From positions 306,832 to 370,831 of the forward strand of contig ML992506.1 in NCBI GenBank assembly GCA_010093995.1: a stretch of 64,000 nucleotides of DNA, in the 5' to 3' direction. The stretch is from Elsinoe ampelina. Its lineage: Eukaryota. Positions within the stretch are counted from its first letter, which is position 1; every line of letters starts with the position of its first letter. The position numbers were made by a program, and so were the translations under genes. Positions 63,061 through 64,000 of this stretch are shown one piece after another. Under the pieces are notes generated by a model. It was not told the origin of the DNA and did not search any database. It was given only the letters and a program-made list of their open reading frames with translations.

Positions 63061-64000
63061 CTACCAATCGCTCTCTGTAAGGCGTACCCACAAGCCACCT
63101 TTGGGTTTCGAAGTAATACCTCCCACAATCTCAGCCTCATAGTCCTCCTTCTCAAACTCGCACTTGAACCGCCCCATGAAGGCCGCCATCAGGCACGAGA
63201 ACTCACTTTTGGCAAACCCCATTCCAATGCATGATCTAGGCCCGTGAAGAAAGGTTAAGAAGGAATAGTTACTGTCTGCGCCACCCTTGTTGGTCTGGCC
63301 TTCCTTGAGCCAACGTTCCGGGTCGAAGGTGAGGGCTGAGTCGCCCCAGAGCTCGTACGAGTTATTGGTAGCCCATGGGGCGATGATTATCAAGGTCCCC
63401 TTGGGAATCGGATGGTCTATGATGGTACTGTCTTGTGCCGCCACCCGCATGGTCAGCGAGACCGGAGCCCAGAGTCGCAGTGTTTCCTGAAGGACGGCGT
63501 TGAGGTACGGCAGGTTGTCGATCTGGTGGGAAGCGATCTTGCGTCCGGCCTTGGTCCGAGGTGATGGGAGATTGGCGTGAATTTCCTCCCGGAGACGAGT
63601 CTGAATCGACGGGTTCTTGCAGAGAAGATATATCGCCCAAAGCATCGCCGTTGACGTCGTCTCATGCCCCGCGACGAGGAACGTCATGAGCTGGTTGATG
63701 AGCTCCTCGTCGTTGAAGCCTCCAGACTCCATGGCGACAGACAAGATATCGAAGTCACGTGACTTTTTCAACTTGGCTCGCTTGTCCTGGATGAGCTTTT
63801 CGCACGTCTGACGGATGTACTTGCGAGCAGCCATGATCTCGTAATTCCTCTTCAAAGGAATGTTACGCATGAACCATCCGGGTAGAATTATACCCGCCAT
63901 TTGCAGATATCTTTGCCCCCGGGCAGGCTGAAATATGGCCTTATAATGCTGGCTCAGCGTGTTATTTGGGTCGGCAATCGATCCAAAGTCCTGGCCCAGA
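63061..64000 (-). CDS. Cytochrome P450 (5' part lies outside the window)
   Basis: I-helix AGHETT, K-helix ETLR, PERW, heme motif FLHGPRSCIG. Confidence 0.95.
   Translation of the reverse strand, partial: LGQDFGSIADPNNTLSQHYKAIFQPARGQRYLQMAGIILPGWFMRNIPLKRNYEIMAARKYIRQTCEKLIQDKRAKLKKSRDFDILSVAMESGGFNDEELINQLMTFLVAGHETTSTAMLWAIYLLCKNPSIQTRLREEIHANLPSPRTKAGRKIASHQIDNLPYLNAVLQETLRLWAPVSLTMRVAAQDSTIIDHPIPKGTLIIIAPWATNNSYELWGDSALTFDPERWLKEGQTNKGGADSNYSFLTFLHGPRSCIGMGFAKSEFSCLMAAFMGRFKCEFEKEDYEAEIVGGITSKPKGGLWVRLTESDW

Overview
Gene-dense, intron-containing DNA from a filamentous ascomycete. Short GT-AG introns with CTRAC branch points and a RIP-mutated transposon suggest a Dothideomycete-like fungus, but I cannot name the species. 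Conserved genes include RSP5, an EamA/DMT transporter, TEF1, GEM1, an RPEL protein, a DTD-motif microbial opsin, maleylacetate reductase, a MARVEL protein, an AHL-lactonase-like metallo-beta-lactamase, SWP1, mitochondrial bL36, a cytochrome-b5/acyl-CoA dehydrogenase, a cupin, a Ral2/Mds3-like kelch-BTB protein, PEPCK, a TLC protein and a partial P450. The best-supported hidden element, missed by the ORF track, is a complete 2794-bp PIF/Harbinger transposon (3100-5893). It has perfect 24-bp TIRs, a TCA target-site duplication, and convergent DDE-transposase and Myb/SANT-like ORFs killed by RIP. Other notable observations: several decaying pseudogenes, a 5-nt micro-exon in TEF1, two probable GC-AG introns, a hairpin-forming opsin intron, CCG-N7-CCG sites upstream of PEPCK, and a sharp C-rich to G-rich switch inside several genes. 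I did not find convincing evidence of a wholly new multi-gene system. All family assignments are from motif recognition, without database searches.
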